DNA of 33,251 bases from an uncultured bacterium (GTDB taxonomy: Bacteria > CAYJRR01), in NCBI GenBank assembly GCA_964372275.1, contig CAYJRR010000045.1, positions 1-33,251 on the forward strand, written 5' to 3'. How positions within the stretch are numbered: the first letter of the stretch is position 1; the number at the start of each line of letters is the position of its first letter. The translations under genes and the position numbers were made by a program. The notes under the pieces are model-generated. The model worked only from the letters and a program-made list of their open reading frames with translations, had not been told where the DNA came from and did no database searches. Positions 11,011-20,093 of this stretch are shown piece after piece.

Positions 11011-11513
11011 CCAGCTACCAGATCCTGATGGGCTACTTCGGAGGGGAGGAGGACGCGGCGCGCGTACAGGCCGACGACGCGCAACGCGCCTTGAGCGCGC
11101 TGGGCACGGCGCTCTCCGAGGTCGACGCCGCGAGAAAGAAGGCGCTGCAGGCGGCCAACCGCGACATCGTCGCCCTGTCACTCGCGATCGCCGAACGGAT
11201 CGTCCACACGCACGTGGAGCTCGACCCGGAGACGGTCGTCCGAAACGTCCGGGCCGCGCTGGACGAATTGGGGATCGCGGACCATTCCGAGGTCCACCTC
11301 GCGCCGCAGGACGTCGCCGCGGTGGAGGCGCTGCTGCGAGACGCCGGTGGCGAAAGACCCCCGATCCGGATCGTTCCCGACCCGTCGGTGAAGCCCGGCG
11401 GCGCGCGCGTCGTCTCCGACATCGGCGAGGTCGACGCGACGCTCGCCGGCCAACTGGCGTCGATCGCCGAGGCCTTCAAGCGGGAAGTCGGCGGCGCGAA
11501 GGAGCCGCGATGA
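11007..11513 (+). CDS. fliH: Flagellar export protein FliH (short)
   Basis: Between fliG and fliI; LSLAIAERIV...VHLAPQD...DPSVKPGGARVVSDIGEVDATL matches the FliH C-domain. Confidence 0.88.
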   Translation: MTSYQILMGYFGGEEDAARVQADDAQRALSALGTALSEVDAARKKALQAANRDIVALSLAIAERIVHTHVELDPETVVRNVRAALDELGIADHSEVHLAPQDVAAVEALLRDAGGERPPIRIVPDPSVKPGGARVVSDIGEVDATLAGQLASIAEAFKREVGGAKEPR

Positions 11514-12826
11514 TCGGCGCGCCGATCGCCAAGCAATGCCAGTCGCTTCTGGAGAAGGCCCGCCCCATCCGCCGCTACGGCCGGGTCACGCGGGTGGTCG
11601 GCCTGGCCGTCGAGGCGATCTGCCCCGACGTGCCCCTGGGAGCGACGTGCCGCATCGAGCGGGACGGCGCGGTCGCCGTGCCGGCGGAGGTGGTCGGATT
11701 CCGCGAGCAACGCGCCCTGTTGATGCCCTACGGCGACACGCTCGGGATCGCGATGGGGGACCGCGTCCGCATCGACCACGACAAGGCGGTCGTCGGCGTC
11801 GGTCCCGGACTGCTGGGGCGGATCGTGGATGGAATGGGCAATCCGGTCGACGACCGGGGTCCGCTGTCGGTCACGGAGACGGTCTCGATCTACGGCGCCG
11901 CGCCCAATCCGCTGCAACGGAAGCGCATCTCCGAGCCGCTCGACGTCGGCGTGCGGGTCATCAACACCATGCTCACCTGCGGCCGCGGCCAGCGCGTGGG
12001 GATCTTCTCCGGCTCCGGAGTCGGCAAGAGCACACTGCTCGGGATGATGGCCCGCTACACCGCGGCAGACGTGAACGTGATCGCGCTGGTCGGCGAGCGC
12101 GGCCGCGAGCTACGCGAGTTCATCGAGCGCGACCTCGGCCCCGAGGGCCTGCGGCGCTCGGTGGTGGTGGTCGCGACGAGCGATCAGCCCCCGCTCATCC
12201 GATCGCGCGCCGCCTACGTCGCGACGTCGATCGCCGAGCATTTCCGCCGTCGTGGGAAGCACGTGCTGTTCATGATGGACAGCCTCACCCGCTGGGCGAT
12301 GGCGCAGCGCGAGATCGGCTTGGCGGTCGGCGAACCGCCCACCGCGCGCGGCTACACCCCGAGCGTCTTCGCCCGGCTGCCGCAACTCCTGGAACGGGCC
12401 GGCACCAGCTCGGAAGACGGCAGCGTCACCGGCATCTACACCGTGCTGGTCGAAGGGGACGACCTGACCGAGCCGATCACCGACGCGGCGCGTTCGATCC
12501 TCGACGGGCACATCGTGCTCTCCCGCGAGATCGCCTCCCGCGGCCAGTTCCCTTCGGTCGACCTGTCCCAGAGCGTCAGCCGTGTCATGGACGACGTCAC
12601 CCAGCCGCAGCACCGAGAGCGGGCCCGTCGGCTCCGCCAGCTGGTCGCGCTGCACGCGGAGGCGGAGGATCTCATCAACCTCGGCGCCTACGCGCCCGGA
12701 AGGAACACCGCGCTCGACGAGGCGGTGGATCGGATCGGGAAGATCCGCGCCTTCCTCTCGCAGTCGCGCGACCAGCGATCCACCTTGAAGGAGAGCATCG
12801 ACGGCCTCGCCAAGGCCGTGGCCTGA
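11510..12826 (+). CDS. fliI: Flagellar export ATPase FliI
   Basis: Walker A GSGVGKS, ALVGERGRE, MDSLTR, GEPPTARGY, SILDGHIVL. Confidence 0.98.
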   Translation: MIGAPIAKQCQSLLEKARPIRRYGRVTRVVGLAVEAICPDVPLGATCRIERDGAVAVPAEVVGFREQRALLMPYGDTLGIAMGDRVRIDHDKAVVGVGPGLLGRIVDGMGNPVDDRGPLSVTETVSIYGAAPNPLQRKRISEPLDVGVRVINTMLTCGRGQRVGIFSGSGVGKSTLLGMMARYTAADVNVIALVGERGRELREFIERDLGPEGLRRSVVVVATSDQPPLIRSRAAYVATSIAEHFRRRGKHVLFMMDSLTRWAMAQREIGLAVGEPPTARGYTPSVFARLPQLLERAGTSSEDGSVTGIYTVLVEGDDLTEPITDAARSILDGHIVLSREIASRGQFPSVDLSQSVSRVMDDVTQPQHRERARRLRQLVALHAEAEDLINLGAYAPGRNTALDEAVDRIGKIRAFLSQSRDQRSTLKESIDGLAKAVA

Positions 12827-12854
12827 ACTTTCGTTCCGATCGAGCGGAGGACGA

Positions 12855-13274
12855 ATGTCCGATCTGAAGCAGCTACAGCGCATCCACACCGTACGACAGA
12901 GGATCCTCACGGCCGCCCAGTCGGAGCTGGCCGCCATCCGAGCCCAGCTCAACCAGGCCCAGGAGGTCAGTCTGGCGTGCCAGCGGGCAGCCAGTGCCGC
13001 CTTTGCCGCCGGAAGCGACGAACGTGCCTTCGCCTCGAACGCGATCGCCGGACGTTACATGGAGCAAGCCCGGGTCGCCGCGACCGAAGCCGGGCGGATC
13101 CGCCGGGAGCTCGAACCGGCCGCCGTCGCGCGCGTCGTCGCCGCCAAGCGGGAGCTGGAAATGATCAAGCGCCTGATGGAGCGGCGACGCACCGCGGCCA
13201 AGCTCGACGAGTTGCGACAAACCCAGATCCAGGCCGACGAGCGGGCGCTGTTGGTCCCGCAGGAGAGCACATGA
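12855..13274 (+). CDS. fliJ: FliJ-like coiled-coil export chaperone
   Basis: 139 aa, helical/coiled-coil composition, directly after fliI, C-terminal Q..ADE; assignment is mostly positional. Confidence 0.7.
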   Translation: MSDLKQLQRIHTVRQRILTAAQSELAAIRAQLNQAQEVSLACQRAASAAFAAGSDERAFASNAIAGRYMEQARVAATEAGRIRRELEPAAVARVVAAKRELEMIKRLMERRRTAAKLDELRQTQIQADERALLVPQEST

Positions 13275-14257
13275 ATTCCATCTCTGCTCCGAAAGAAGCG
13301 CCCGAGCCGAAGGAGAACCGTCCTGCGCCCGAGAAGCCGAAGAGGTCGGCCAAGGGGGGCTACGACTTCGTATCGACGCTCTTCGCCGCGTTGAAGCCCG
13401 GCGCAGGCGAGCCGACGGCGCCCGACGTGCCCGTGCCCAAGGCCGCCGACGAACCGACCTCCGGGAACGGCGATGCCAGGAAGGGACGCTCGGCCGCGCA
13501 CGTGATGGCGATGGAGGCGCTGGCGGACGCCCGCAAGGCGATCGCCGACGTGGAACTCCTCGCGCCGGCGGCCCGGCCGATCGCCGCCGACGACCGGGCG
13601 CTGGCGAAGGCCTTGGCGGATGCCCTCGGCGCCCCGACGGGCGCCTCGCTCCTGGCTCCGGATCTTCCTCGGACCGGACCGACGGCGCACGAATCGGCGA
13701 AGGCGCGGGCGGCCGAGGCCGCGATGGAACAGCGGATCGAGTCCAAGGCCGCCGATACGCTGCGTGCGGCCCAGGCATCCGGTTCGCGCACCGCCGGATC
13801 CGACGGGCGGACCACCGACGGCGAAAACCCGAATGGAACGAGCGGAACCGCGACCGCCGGTACGAGCGTTCCGCGATTCGACACGCGCTCCTTCGACGGC
13901 GGCTCGGCGCCGATCGGATCGCTCCCGGCACCTCCCGGAGTCGACAGCCGTTTCGACGGAAACGGCGCGGTGGTGCGGATGTCCGATCCCGAGCTCGGAA
14001 ACCTGTCGATCCGACTGACGCAGATCGGCGAAGGGCTCGCCGCCCGACTCGCGGCGGGGAACGAGACGACGGCAGAGCTGCTTCGCGCCTCCCTGCCGGG
14101 GATCGCCGCGGCGCTGGCCGGACCCGGAGCCAACCCCGCGCGCGTCACCGTGGCCTCGAGCTCCAACGGATCGGCGAACGGCGACGCGTCCGACCACGCC
14201 GGACGCCGGCACGAGCCGCCGGCCGGAACCAAACGCAATCCGGGAGGTGCCCGATGA
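13271..14257 (+). CDS. fliK: Flagellar hook-length control protein FliK
   Basis: ATG at 13271 overlaps the fliJ stop (ATGA); Ala/Pro-rich N-half; C-domain VRMSDPELGNLSIRL...ELLRASLP.IAAAL; precedes flgD. Confidence 0.82.
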   Translation: MNSISAPKEAPEPKENRPAPEKPKRSAKGGYDFVSTLFAALKPGAGEPTAPDVPVPKAADEPTSGNGDARKGRSAAHVMAMEALADARKAIADVELLAPAARPIAADDRALAKALADALGAPTGASLLAPDLPRTGPTAHESAKARAAEAAMEQRIESKAADTLRAAQASGSRTAGSDGRTTDGENPNGTSGTATAGTSVPRFDTRSFDGGSAPIGSLPAPPGVDSRFDGNGAVVRMSDPELGNLSIRLTQIGEGLAARLAAGNETTAELLRASLPGIAAALAGPGANPARVTVASSSNGSANGDASDHAGRRHEPPAGTKRNPGGAR

Positions 14258-14880
14258 ACGTATCGTCGGTCGGAGGGGGCGCCGGCACGACCGGAACCAC
14301 CAACGCCGGTGGCGTCACGCGCGACGACTTCCTCAAGTTGATGGTGGCGCAGCTCCGGAGCCAGGACCCCCTCAATCCGGCGGACGGCAGCCAGTTCCTG
14401 GCGCAGATGGCCCAGATCACGTCGTTGTCGGAGCTCACCTCCCTCAACGAGCGGATCGACCAGCTGATCAAGGCCGAGTCGGCCCTGTACAGCACGCAGG
14501 CGACGTCGCTGATCGGGCGCGACGTCAAGGTCCTGGCCGACCGGCTGGACGTTGCGGCGGATGCCGATCTGCGGATGACGGTGTCCTACCCGCAGGCGGC
14601 GAACGGCGGCGAGCTCACCGTCACCGACGAGCTCGGGAACGTGGTGAGGCGCGTCTCCCTGCCGGCCGGCTCCGCCGGGGACCATCCGATCGATCTCGAC
14701 CTTCCGCCCGGGAGGTACCGGATCACGGCGCAGATCGAGACGGTGAACGGGACGATCGCCGCGCAGCCGTTCCTGGCGGGGACCGTTTCCGGCGTCGACT
14801 TTTCCACCGGTGAACCGCTTCTCCAGATCGCCGGAGTCCGAGTCACCCTTCCGGACGTTCTTTCCGTGACGCAACCCTGA
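14254..14880 (+). CDS. flgD: Flagellar hook capping protein FlgD
   Basis: DDFLKLMVAQLRSQDPLNP....FLAQMAQ. Confidence 0.96.
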   Translation: MNVSSVGGGAGTTGTTNAGGVTRDDFLKLMVAQLRSQDPLNPADGSQFLAQMAQITSLSELTSLNERIDQLIKAESALYSTQATSLIGRDVKVLADRLDVAADADLRMTVSYPQAANGGELTVTDELGNVVRRVSLPAGSAGDHPIDLDLPPGRYRITAQIETVNGTIAAQPFLAGTVSGVDFSTGEPLLQIAGVRVTLPDVLSVTQP

Positions 14881-14890
14881 GGAGGTATCC

Positions 14891-16153
14891 ATGGGTCTTG
14901 GCAACAGCTTCTCCAGCGCGATCACCGGCCTGTCGGCCAACGAATCGACGCTGTCGATGATCGGCGAGAACATCGCGAACGCGCAGACGGTCGGGTTCAA
15001 GGAGAGTCGCATCCAGTTCGCCGACGTCGTCGCCGGCGCCAGCGGGCTCGGCGTCCGGGTCGCGGGGATCGTGTCGTCGATGGCGCAAGGCGCGATCGAG
15101 CGCACCGGCAACGCGACCGACATGGCGATCAACGGCAGCGGGTTCTTCATCGTGCAGTCGGGGGTCGAGCGTCTCTACACCCGGAACGGCCAGTTCAAGA
15201 TCGACCAGGACGGGATCCTCGTCGACAGCGCCAATCGCTCCGTGCAGGGATTCACCGCCGACGCGACCGGCGCCCTCGGGACGGTTCTGGGAAACCTCAA
15301 GATGAGCAACCTGACGCTCCCCGCCCAGGCGTCGACCGAGATCGATATCGCCATGCAGCTCGATGCCGGGGCCGTGGAGGATCCGGGCGGGGCCGCGTTC
15401 GACGTCAACAATCCGGCCTCCACCTCGAACACCTCCAACGGCGTCACGATCTTCGACTCGCTGGGGAACGCCCACCTCGCGACCGTCTACTACCGGAAGA
15501 CGGCGCCGAACAGCTGGGAATACCACGTCGTCCTCGACGGCGCGGAGCTCGACCCGGCGGTGGTCGGACCGGTCGATGCCTTCACCGGCACGATCGACTT
15601 CACCCCCGGAGGCGCCCTCAACGCCGTCACCCCCACTCCGTCGACGGTCAGCTTCGGCGGGGGCGCGTCCCCCAACCAGTCGGTGACCTTCTCCTTCGGC
15701 GATTCGATCGCGTCGGGCGGCACGGGCCTCGCGGGATCGACGCAGTTCGCAGGAACGTCGACCTTGAACCAGTTGGGGAACAACGGAGGCACCGCCGGTT
15801 CGCTCACCGACTTCCTGATCTCCCGCGACGGGACGATCACCGGCGTCTTCAACAACGGCGAGCTGCAGACGATCGGCCAGATCCAATTGGCGGTCTTCTC
15901 CAACGAAGAGGGGCTGCAGCGCGTCGGCGACAACGCCTTCCGCGAGACCCGTGAGTCGGGATCGGCGCTGGTCGGCGGGCCGGAGTCGGGCTCGCGGGGC
16001 AGCATCGCGTCGGAGTCGGTCGAGCGGTCGAACGTCGAGCTCTCGCGCGCGCTGGTCGAAATGATCACCGTGCAGCGCGCCTACCAGGCCAACGCGCGGA
16101 CGATCAGCACCACGGCCAACCTCCTGGAAACCGTCATCCAACTCGGACGGTAG
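14891..16153 (+). CDS. flgE: Flagellar hook protein FlgE
   Basis: NIANAQTVGFK, DMAINGSGFF, YTRNGQF, IFDSLG, ERSNVEL, QRAYQANARTI; strong SD GAGGAGG. Confidence 0.97.
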   Translation: MGLGNSFSSAITGLSANESTLSMIGENIANAQTVGFKESRIQFADVVAGASGLGVRVAGIVSSMAQGAIERTGNATDMAINGSGFFIVQSGVERLYTRNGQFKIDQDGILVDSANRSVQGFTADATGALGTVLGNLKMSNLTLPAQASTEIDIAMQLDAGAVEDPGGAAFDVNNPASTSNTSNGVTIFDSLGNAHLATVYYRKTAPNSWEYHVVLDGAELDPAVVGPVDAFTGTIDFTPGGALNAVTPTPSTVSFGGGASPNQSVTFSFGDSIASGGTGLAGSTQFAGTSTLNQLGNNGGTAGSLTDFLISRDGTITGVFNNGELQTIGQIQLAVFSNEEGLQRVGDNAFRETRESGSALVGGPESGSRGSIASESVERSNVELSRALVEMITVQRAYQANARTISTTANLLETVIQLGR

Positions 16154-16565
16154 TCGTCTCGCGGTCCGTCTTTTCCTGACGTCCGGCCGCGGCGAACTCC
16201 AGAACGCCCGCCACCGCCCGCAAGGTGCGGTGGTCTTCGGGCCCCAGGGTCACCCTGGGGCCCGATTTCACTTCCAGGATCCCCCAGAGCTCGTCGTCGA
16301 CGTAGAGCGGGATCCGCGCCTCGTGGGGAAGGTTCCGACCGCCGGAGGCCGCGGGCCCGCCGACGAACAGGGCGCGCTCGGCGACGTCGTTTCGCCGGAT
16401 GATTGCGACCCCCTCCACCATCGCCCCCGCGAGGGAGGTCGCCGTGGACATCGCAGCCTCGGCGCCCTTTCCGCGGAACGCGCGAATCACCTCCGCCAGG
16501 AGCATGCAGCGCTGTTCGGCGGAGAGGTTGCGGGGATGGTGGTTGATCGCGTTCCGGGTGGACAT
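16134..16565 (-). CDS. Small standalone GAF-like protein
   Basis: ATG at 16565 with SD GGAGG; RIPLYVDDELWGILEV...LGPEDHRTLRAVAGVL resembles the GAF C-terminal strands and helix; 3' end overlaps flgE by 20 nt. Confidence 0.7.
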   Translation of the reverse strand: MSTRNAINHHPRNLSAEQRCMLLAEVIRAFRGKGAEAAMSTATSLAGAMVEGVAIIRRNDVAERALFVGGPAASGGRNLPHEARIPLYVDDELWGILEVKSGPRVTLGPEDHRTLRAVAGVLEFAAAGRQEKTDRETTTVRVG

Positions 16566-16732
16566 CGTCGTTTCCTCCACCAAGGATGACGGTCGCGCGC
16601 CCGCCGGAGTTGAGCGGAAAATCTCCGCGGCGAGACGGCGTCAATCCGCCGCCGCCGTCAACGCGCCGTCGCTCCGACCGCCACGCCGCAGCCGCAAGTG
16701 TCCGATTCCACGTGGCCGGCACGGCGTCCTGG

Positions 16733-16748
16733 CGGCACCGCGCTTGCT
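16733..16748 (+). promoter_or_regulatory. Sigma54 -24/-12 promoter of the fliM operon
   Basis: CGGCACCGCGCTTGCT (GG-N10-GC); CGTCAA half-sites at 16639-16644 and 16656-16661 upstream. Confidence 0.78.
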
Positions 16749-16761
16749 TGGGAATCGGGGT

Positions 16762-17670
16762 ATGAGCATGGAGCCCGACGTCCCGCCGGAAGGCGGAATC
16801 GGTCCCGGGGGAGATGGCGGCGGCGGGGCCGCCCCGCCCTCGCCGCCGAGCGGCGGCGTGCGCCGCGCCACGGTGAAGGTCCCGGCGCGCCTCGAGCGCG
16901 CCCTCAAGCGGTTCGCCAACGAAGCGGGGAACTATCTCTCCACCGCGACCCGAACCGAAGTCCCGCTCGAATTCGCGTTCGCGGGTCTGGCCGGACGCGC
17001 CGAGATCCTGGGTGTCTTGAGCTCCGGATGGTGCGTCTGTTTCGAATTCCAGGGCGAGAAGCGTGGAATCGTGGCGTTCGACGGAGCGGTCGCGCTCTAT
17101 CTGGTCGAATCGTGCTTCGGCGGGGGCACCGACGACCTGCGCGCCGAGAAGAACGCCCGACCGCTCACCGATCTCGAGGACCACGTCGCGCGCGAGCTCG
17201 CCTATTCGGTCTCCGCGCTCCTGATCGAGTCGCTTGCCGCCGGCGTCGAAGCGAACCTCCGGCCCCCCTCGATCCTCGCCGGACCGGCCGACCGGGCCTT
17301 CGCGGGTCTCGAGGACGAGGGCTGGCTGGCGCGCTTCGCCGTCGGCGAGATCAGCCAGGCCTTGACGTTGATCCTCCCCAAGAGCCCGGAGGTCGATGCG
17401 CAGGGCGCCGGCGGCGTGACCGGCAGCGGCCGGCAGATCATGGCCGCGATGCTGGAGATGTCGGTTTCGGTCGGCGAGGTCCACACCACGCTGTCCGAGC
17501 TTTCCCGCTTGAACGCGGGGGACATCCTGCCGGTGACCGCCTACCCGGGCGGCCGGCTCCAGGTGCAGGTCGAAGGAATCCCCAAGCTGCAGGCGCTGCC
17601 GTGCGTGTCGCGCGGCCTGCGCTCGATCCAGGTCCTCGGTGAAATTCGCGAATCCGGGAGTTCATCGTGA
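16762..17670 (+). CDS. fliM: Divergent flagellar motor switch protein FliM
   Basis: Middle domain with LVESCFGGG and RPLTDLE; C-terminal SpoA domain (LSELSRLNAGDILP); upstream of fliN. Start placed at ATG 16762 (16768 possible), downstream of the sigma54 site. Confidence 0.85.
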   Translation: MSMEPDVPPEGGIGPGGDGGGGAAPPSPPSGGVRRATVKVPARLERALKRFANEAGNYLSTATRTEVPLEFAFAGLAGRAEILGVLSSGWCVCFEFQGEKRGIVAFDGAVALYLVESCFGGGTDDLRAEKNARPLTDLEDHVARELAYSVSALLIESLAAGVEANLRPPSILAGPADRAFAGLEDEGWLARFAVGEISQALTLILPKSPEVDAQGAGGVTGSGRQIMAAMLEMSVSVGEVHTTLSELSRLNAGDILPVTAYPGGRLQVQVEGIPKLQALPCVSRGLRSIQVLGEIRESGSSS

Positions 17671-17984
17671 GCGTACCCCGCACGCCGGCCCCTCCTCCTC
17701 CTCCCCCGACCGACGGCGACGCCGAGCGCGAGCGGTCGCTCGACTTCGTCGCCGAAGTCCCGCTCACGCTCACGGTGGAGCTGGGCCGAACGCGGATGGC
17801 GATCCGCGAGGTCCTATCGCTCTCCGAAGGGGCGGTGGTCGAGCTGGACCGGTCCGAGCACGATCCGCTGGACATCCTGGCCAACAACTGTCTGGTGGCC
17901 AAGGGCGAGGTGGTGGCGCTCGGAGACCGGATCGGAATCCGCATCACGGCCATGGCGCAACCGGAGAAACCCGCGCGCACATGA
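17667..17984 (+). CDS. fliN: Flagellar motor switch protein FliN
   Basis: VPLTLTVELGRTRM.IREVLSL.EGAVVELDR....LDILAN..LVAKGEVV....IGIRIT. Confidence 0.96.
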   Translation: MSVPRTPAPPPPPPTDGDAERERSLDFVAEVPLTLTVELGRTRMAIREVLSLSEGAVVELDRSEHDPLDILANNCLVAKGEVVALGDRIGIRITAMAQPEKPART

Positions 17985-18325
17985 ACTCCTTCCTCCTCGG
18001 AACGGTCCTGGTGACGGCGGCGTGCGTCCCCGCTTTTCTCGCGTGGTGGCGCGCGCGCCGCGGACCGGCCCTCTCCACGCGACCCGGGATCCAGGTCCTC
18101 GCCAGCCGCAACTTCGGCCCGAGACGTGGCGTGGCGCTGGTCGAGGTGGAGGGGGAGCGGATGCTGCTCGGGATCACCGACCAGCAGATCGGGCTGCTCA
18201 AGTCGTTCGCGCTTCCAGCGTCGTTCGATCGAGCCCTGACAGACGCGCGCGCGACGACCGGCTCCATCTCCCACGTGGACGGTTTCGCGGCCGAGGAAGG
18301 CTCGTTTCCCGAGAGGCTGGTGTAG
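17981..18325 (+). CDS. fliO: Flagellar biosynthetic protein FliO
   Basis: ATG overlaps the fliN stop; N-terminal TM, then IQVLASRNFGPRRGVALVEVEGERMLLGITDQQIGLL. Confidence 0.88.
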   Translation: MNSFLLGTVLVTAACVPAFLAWWRARRGPALSTRPGIQVLASRNFGPRRGVALVEVEGERMLLGITDQQIGLLKSFALPASFDRALTDARATTGSISHVDGFAAEEGSFPERLV

Positions 18326-18328
18326 CCG

Positions 18329-19042
18329 ATGTTGCTCGCCGCCGCGGCCAAGACGCTCACCGTCTCCCTGCCGGACCTCACCGCCGGCGGGCAGGACCTC
18401 TCCAACGCGGTGAAGATCGCGCTGGTTCTGACCGTCCTGTCGCTGGCGCCGGCGATCCTGGTGTCGGTCACCTCCTTCACCCGGATCATCATCGTCCTCG
18501 GGTTCGCGCGGCACGGACTCGGACTTCCGCAGCTTCCTCCCAACCCGGTCCTGGCCGGGCTCGCGCTTCTGATCACCTTCTACACCATGGCCCCCGTGGG
18601 ATTGGCGGTGAAGCGGCAGGCGCTGGAGCCGTACCAACGTGGCGAGATCACCCGCGACGAGGCGCTCGAGCGCGGAGCGCGGCCGATCCGCCAGTTCATG
18701 CTGGCCAACGTGCGCGAGCAGGACCTCCGGATGTTCCTCGAGGCGGGGGGCGTGCAGGCCGCGCCTCAGAGCCCGGACGACATCCCCTTCACCACCCTCG
18801 TTCCGGCGTTCATGGTGAGCGAGCTGACGACGGCGTTCACCATGGGATTCATGATCCTGATCCCGTTCCTGGTGATCGACCTCGCGGTCGCCTCCGCGCT
18901 GATGGCGATGGGAATGATCGTGCTCCCGCCGCCGACGGTGAGCCTGCCGATCAAGGTGCTGGTGTTCGTGCTCGCCGACGGGTGGAAGATGCTGGTGGGG
19001 TCCCTCCTCGCCTACCAGACCTACGCGGGGGGCGGACCGTGA
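18329..19042 (+). CDS. fliP: Flagellar export gate protein FliP
   Basis: LTVLSLAPAIL...TSFTRIIIVL, PPN.VL.GLAL, LVPAFMVSEL, PFLVIDL, SLPIK..FVLADGW. Confidence 0.97.
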   Translation: MLLAAAAKTLTVSLPDLTAGGQDLSNAVKIALVLTVLSLAPAILVSVTSFTRIIIVLGFARHGLGLPQLPPNPVLAGLALLITFYTMAPVGLAVKRQALEPYQRGEITRDEALERGARPIRQFMLANVREQDLRMFLEAGGVQAAPQSPDDIPFTTLVPAFMVSELTTAFTMGFMILIPFLVIDLAVASALMAMGMIVLPPPTVSLPIKVLVFVLADGWKMLVGSLLAYQTYAGGGP

Positions 19043-19308
19043 CCTCCGAGCTTGCCCTCGACCTGGTTCGCCAGGCCCTTTTCACGGCGGGGATGATCTC
19101 GGCGCCGATCCTCGCCGTGGCGCTGATCGTCGGCATCGTCACCTCGGTGGTCCAGGCCTCGACCCAGATCCACGAGCCGACGCTGACCTTCGGTCCCAAG
19201 GCGGTCGCGGTCGGCGGAACGATGCTCGCCGGCGGAACCTGGATCCTCTCGCAGGCGGTCGAGTTCCTGACGGGGATCTTCGCCGCGATGCCGCAGGTCT
19301 CCCCTTGA
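19039..19308 (+). CDS. fliQ: Flagellar export gate protein FliQ
   Basis: GTG overlapping the fliP stop; 89 aa with VQASTQIHEPTLTFGPK. Confidence 0.93.
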   Translation: MTSELALDLVRQALFTAGMISAPILAVALIVGIVTSVVQASTQIHEPTLTFGPKAVAVGGTMLAGGTWILSQAVEFLTGIFAAMPQVSP

Positions 19309-20087
19309 TCCCCCTCCTCGCCGGCGCCGACGCGACCGCGGTCGCGTTCGCCTGCGTCCTGGCGAGGGTGGCGGGGATCGTCGGTGGCATGCCCCTCCTG
19401 GGAGACGGCCGGTTGCCCAAGCTGGTCGCCACGTCGTTGGTCTCGACGGTGACGATCGCGGTGATCGCCGCCCGGCCCGACCTGCTGCACGTTCCGCCGA
19501 TGACGCCCTCGGCCGCCCTCCTGGCCATCCTCTCCGAGGCGCTGCTGGGTCTCGCAGCAGGTCTGTCGGCCCGCATCGTCCTCTCGACCGTCCAGGCGAT
19601 CGGCGAGCTGTTCAGCGGCATCGGCGGCCTTTCCATGGCGCAGATGCTCGATCCGATGAGCGGCGGGCATTCGGACGCCTCGGGAGCGCTGATGTCGTTG
19701 CTCGGCGGCATGCTCCTCATGGCGGTGGGCGCGCCCGCGCTCTGGATCGCGTCGGCGTTCCGTTCCTTCGAGACGCTTCCGGTCGGAACGCTCGCGATCT
19801 CCGCCGAGCGTGCCATCTCGGCGGCGCTGGCCTTCCAGACGACCGCCGGGATGGCGATCGCGCTCGCCGCGCCGGTCATCGGCGCGCAGATCGTGGGACA
19901 CCTCGCCCTGGCGATCGCCGGCAAGGCCGCCCAGAAGGCGAACCTCTTCTACGCGATCGGATTCCTGGTCCCGCTGGCCGTCGGCGGATTCGCGCTGTTC
20001 CTCACGCTGCCGATCCTGAACGTCCGCCTGCTCGAGCTGATCGAGATCGCGCACCGGACGTTCGGCGGCTGGCTGACGCCCCTCTAG
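19305..20087 (+). CDS. fliR: Flagellar export gate protein FliR
   Basis: Highly hydrophobic 260 aa; EALLGL, QAIGE...GGLSMAQMLDP, IALAAPVI; between fliQ and flhB. Confidence 0.92.
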   Translation: MIPLLAGADATAVAFACVLARVAGIVGGMPLLGDGRLPKLVATSLVSTVTIAVIAARPDLLHVPPMTPSAALLAILSEALLGLAAGLSARIVLSTVQAIGELFSGIGGLSMAQMLDPMSGGHSDASGALMSLLGGMLLMAVGAPALWIASAFRSFETLPVGTLAISAERAISAALAFQTTAGMAIALAAPVIGAQIVGHLALAIAGKAAQKANLFYAIGFLVPLAVGGFALFLTLPILNVRLLELIEIAHRTFGGWLTPL

Positions 20088-20093
20088 GTCGCG

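Noticed and set aside
12977-13270. ORF-track N-terminal extensions of fliK, fliM (16399), fliO (17639), fliQ (18022), fliA (24491), synthase (29424), pseG (30563) and HDOD2 (31468)
   Set aside because: They overlap upstream genes or promoters; starts at the stop/start overlaps or after the promoter fit family lengths better.
17686-17710. CCT triplet run at the start of fliN
   Set aside because: Encodes a short poly-Pro linker; too short to call a contingency repeat.
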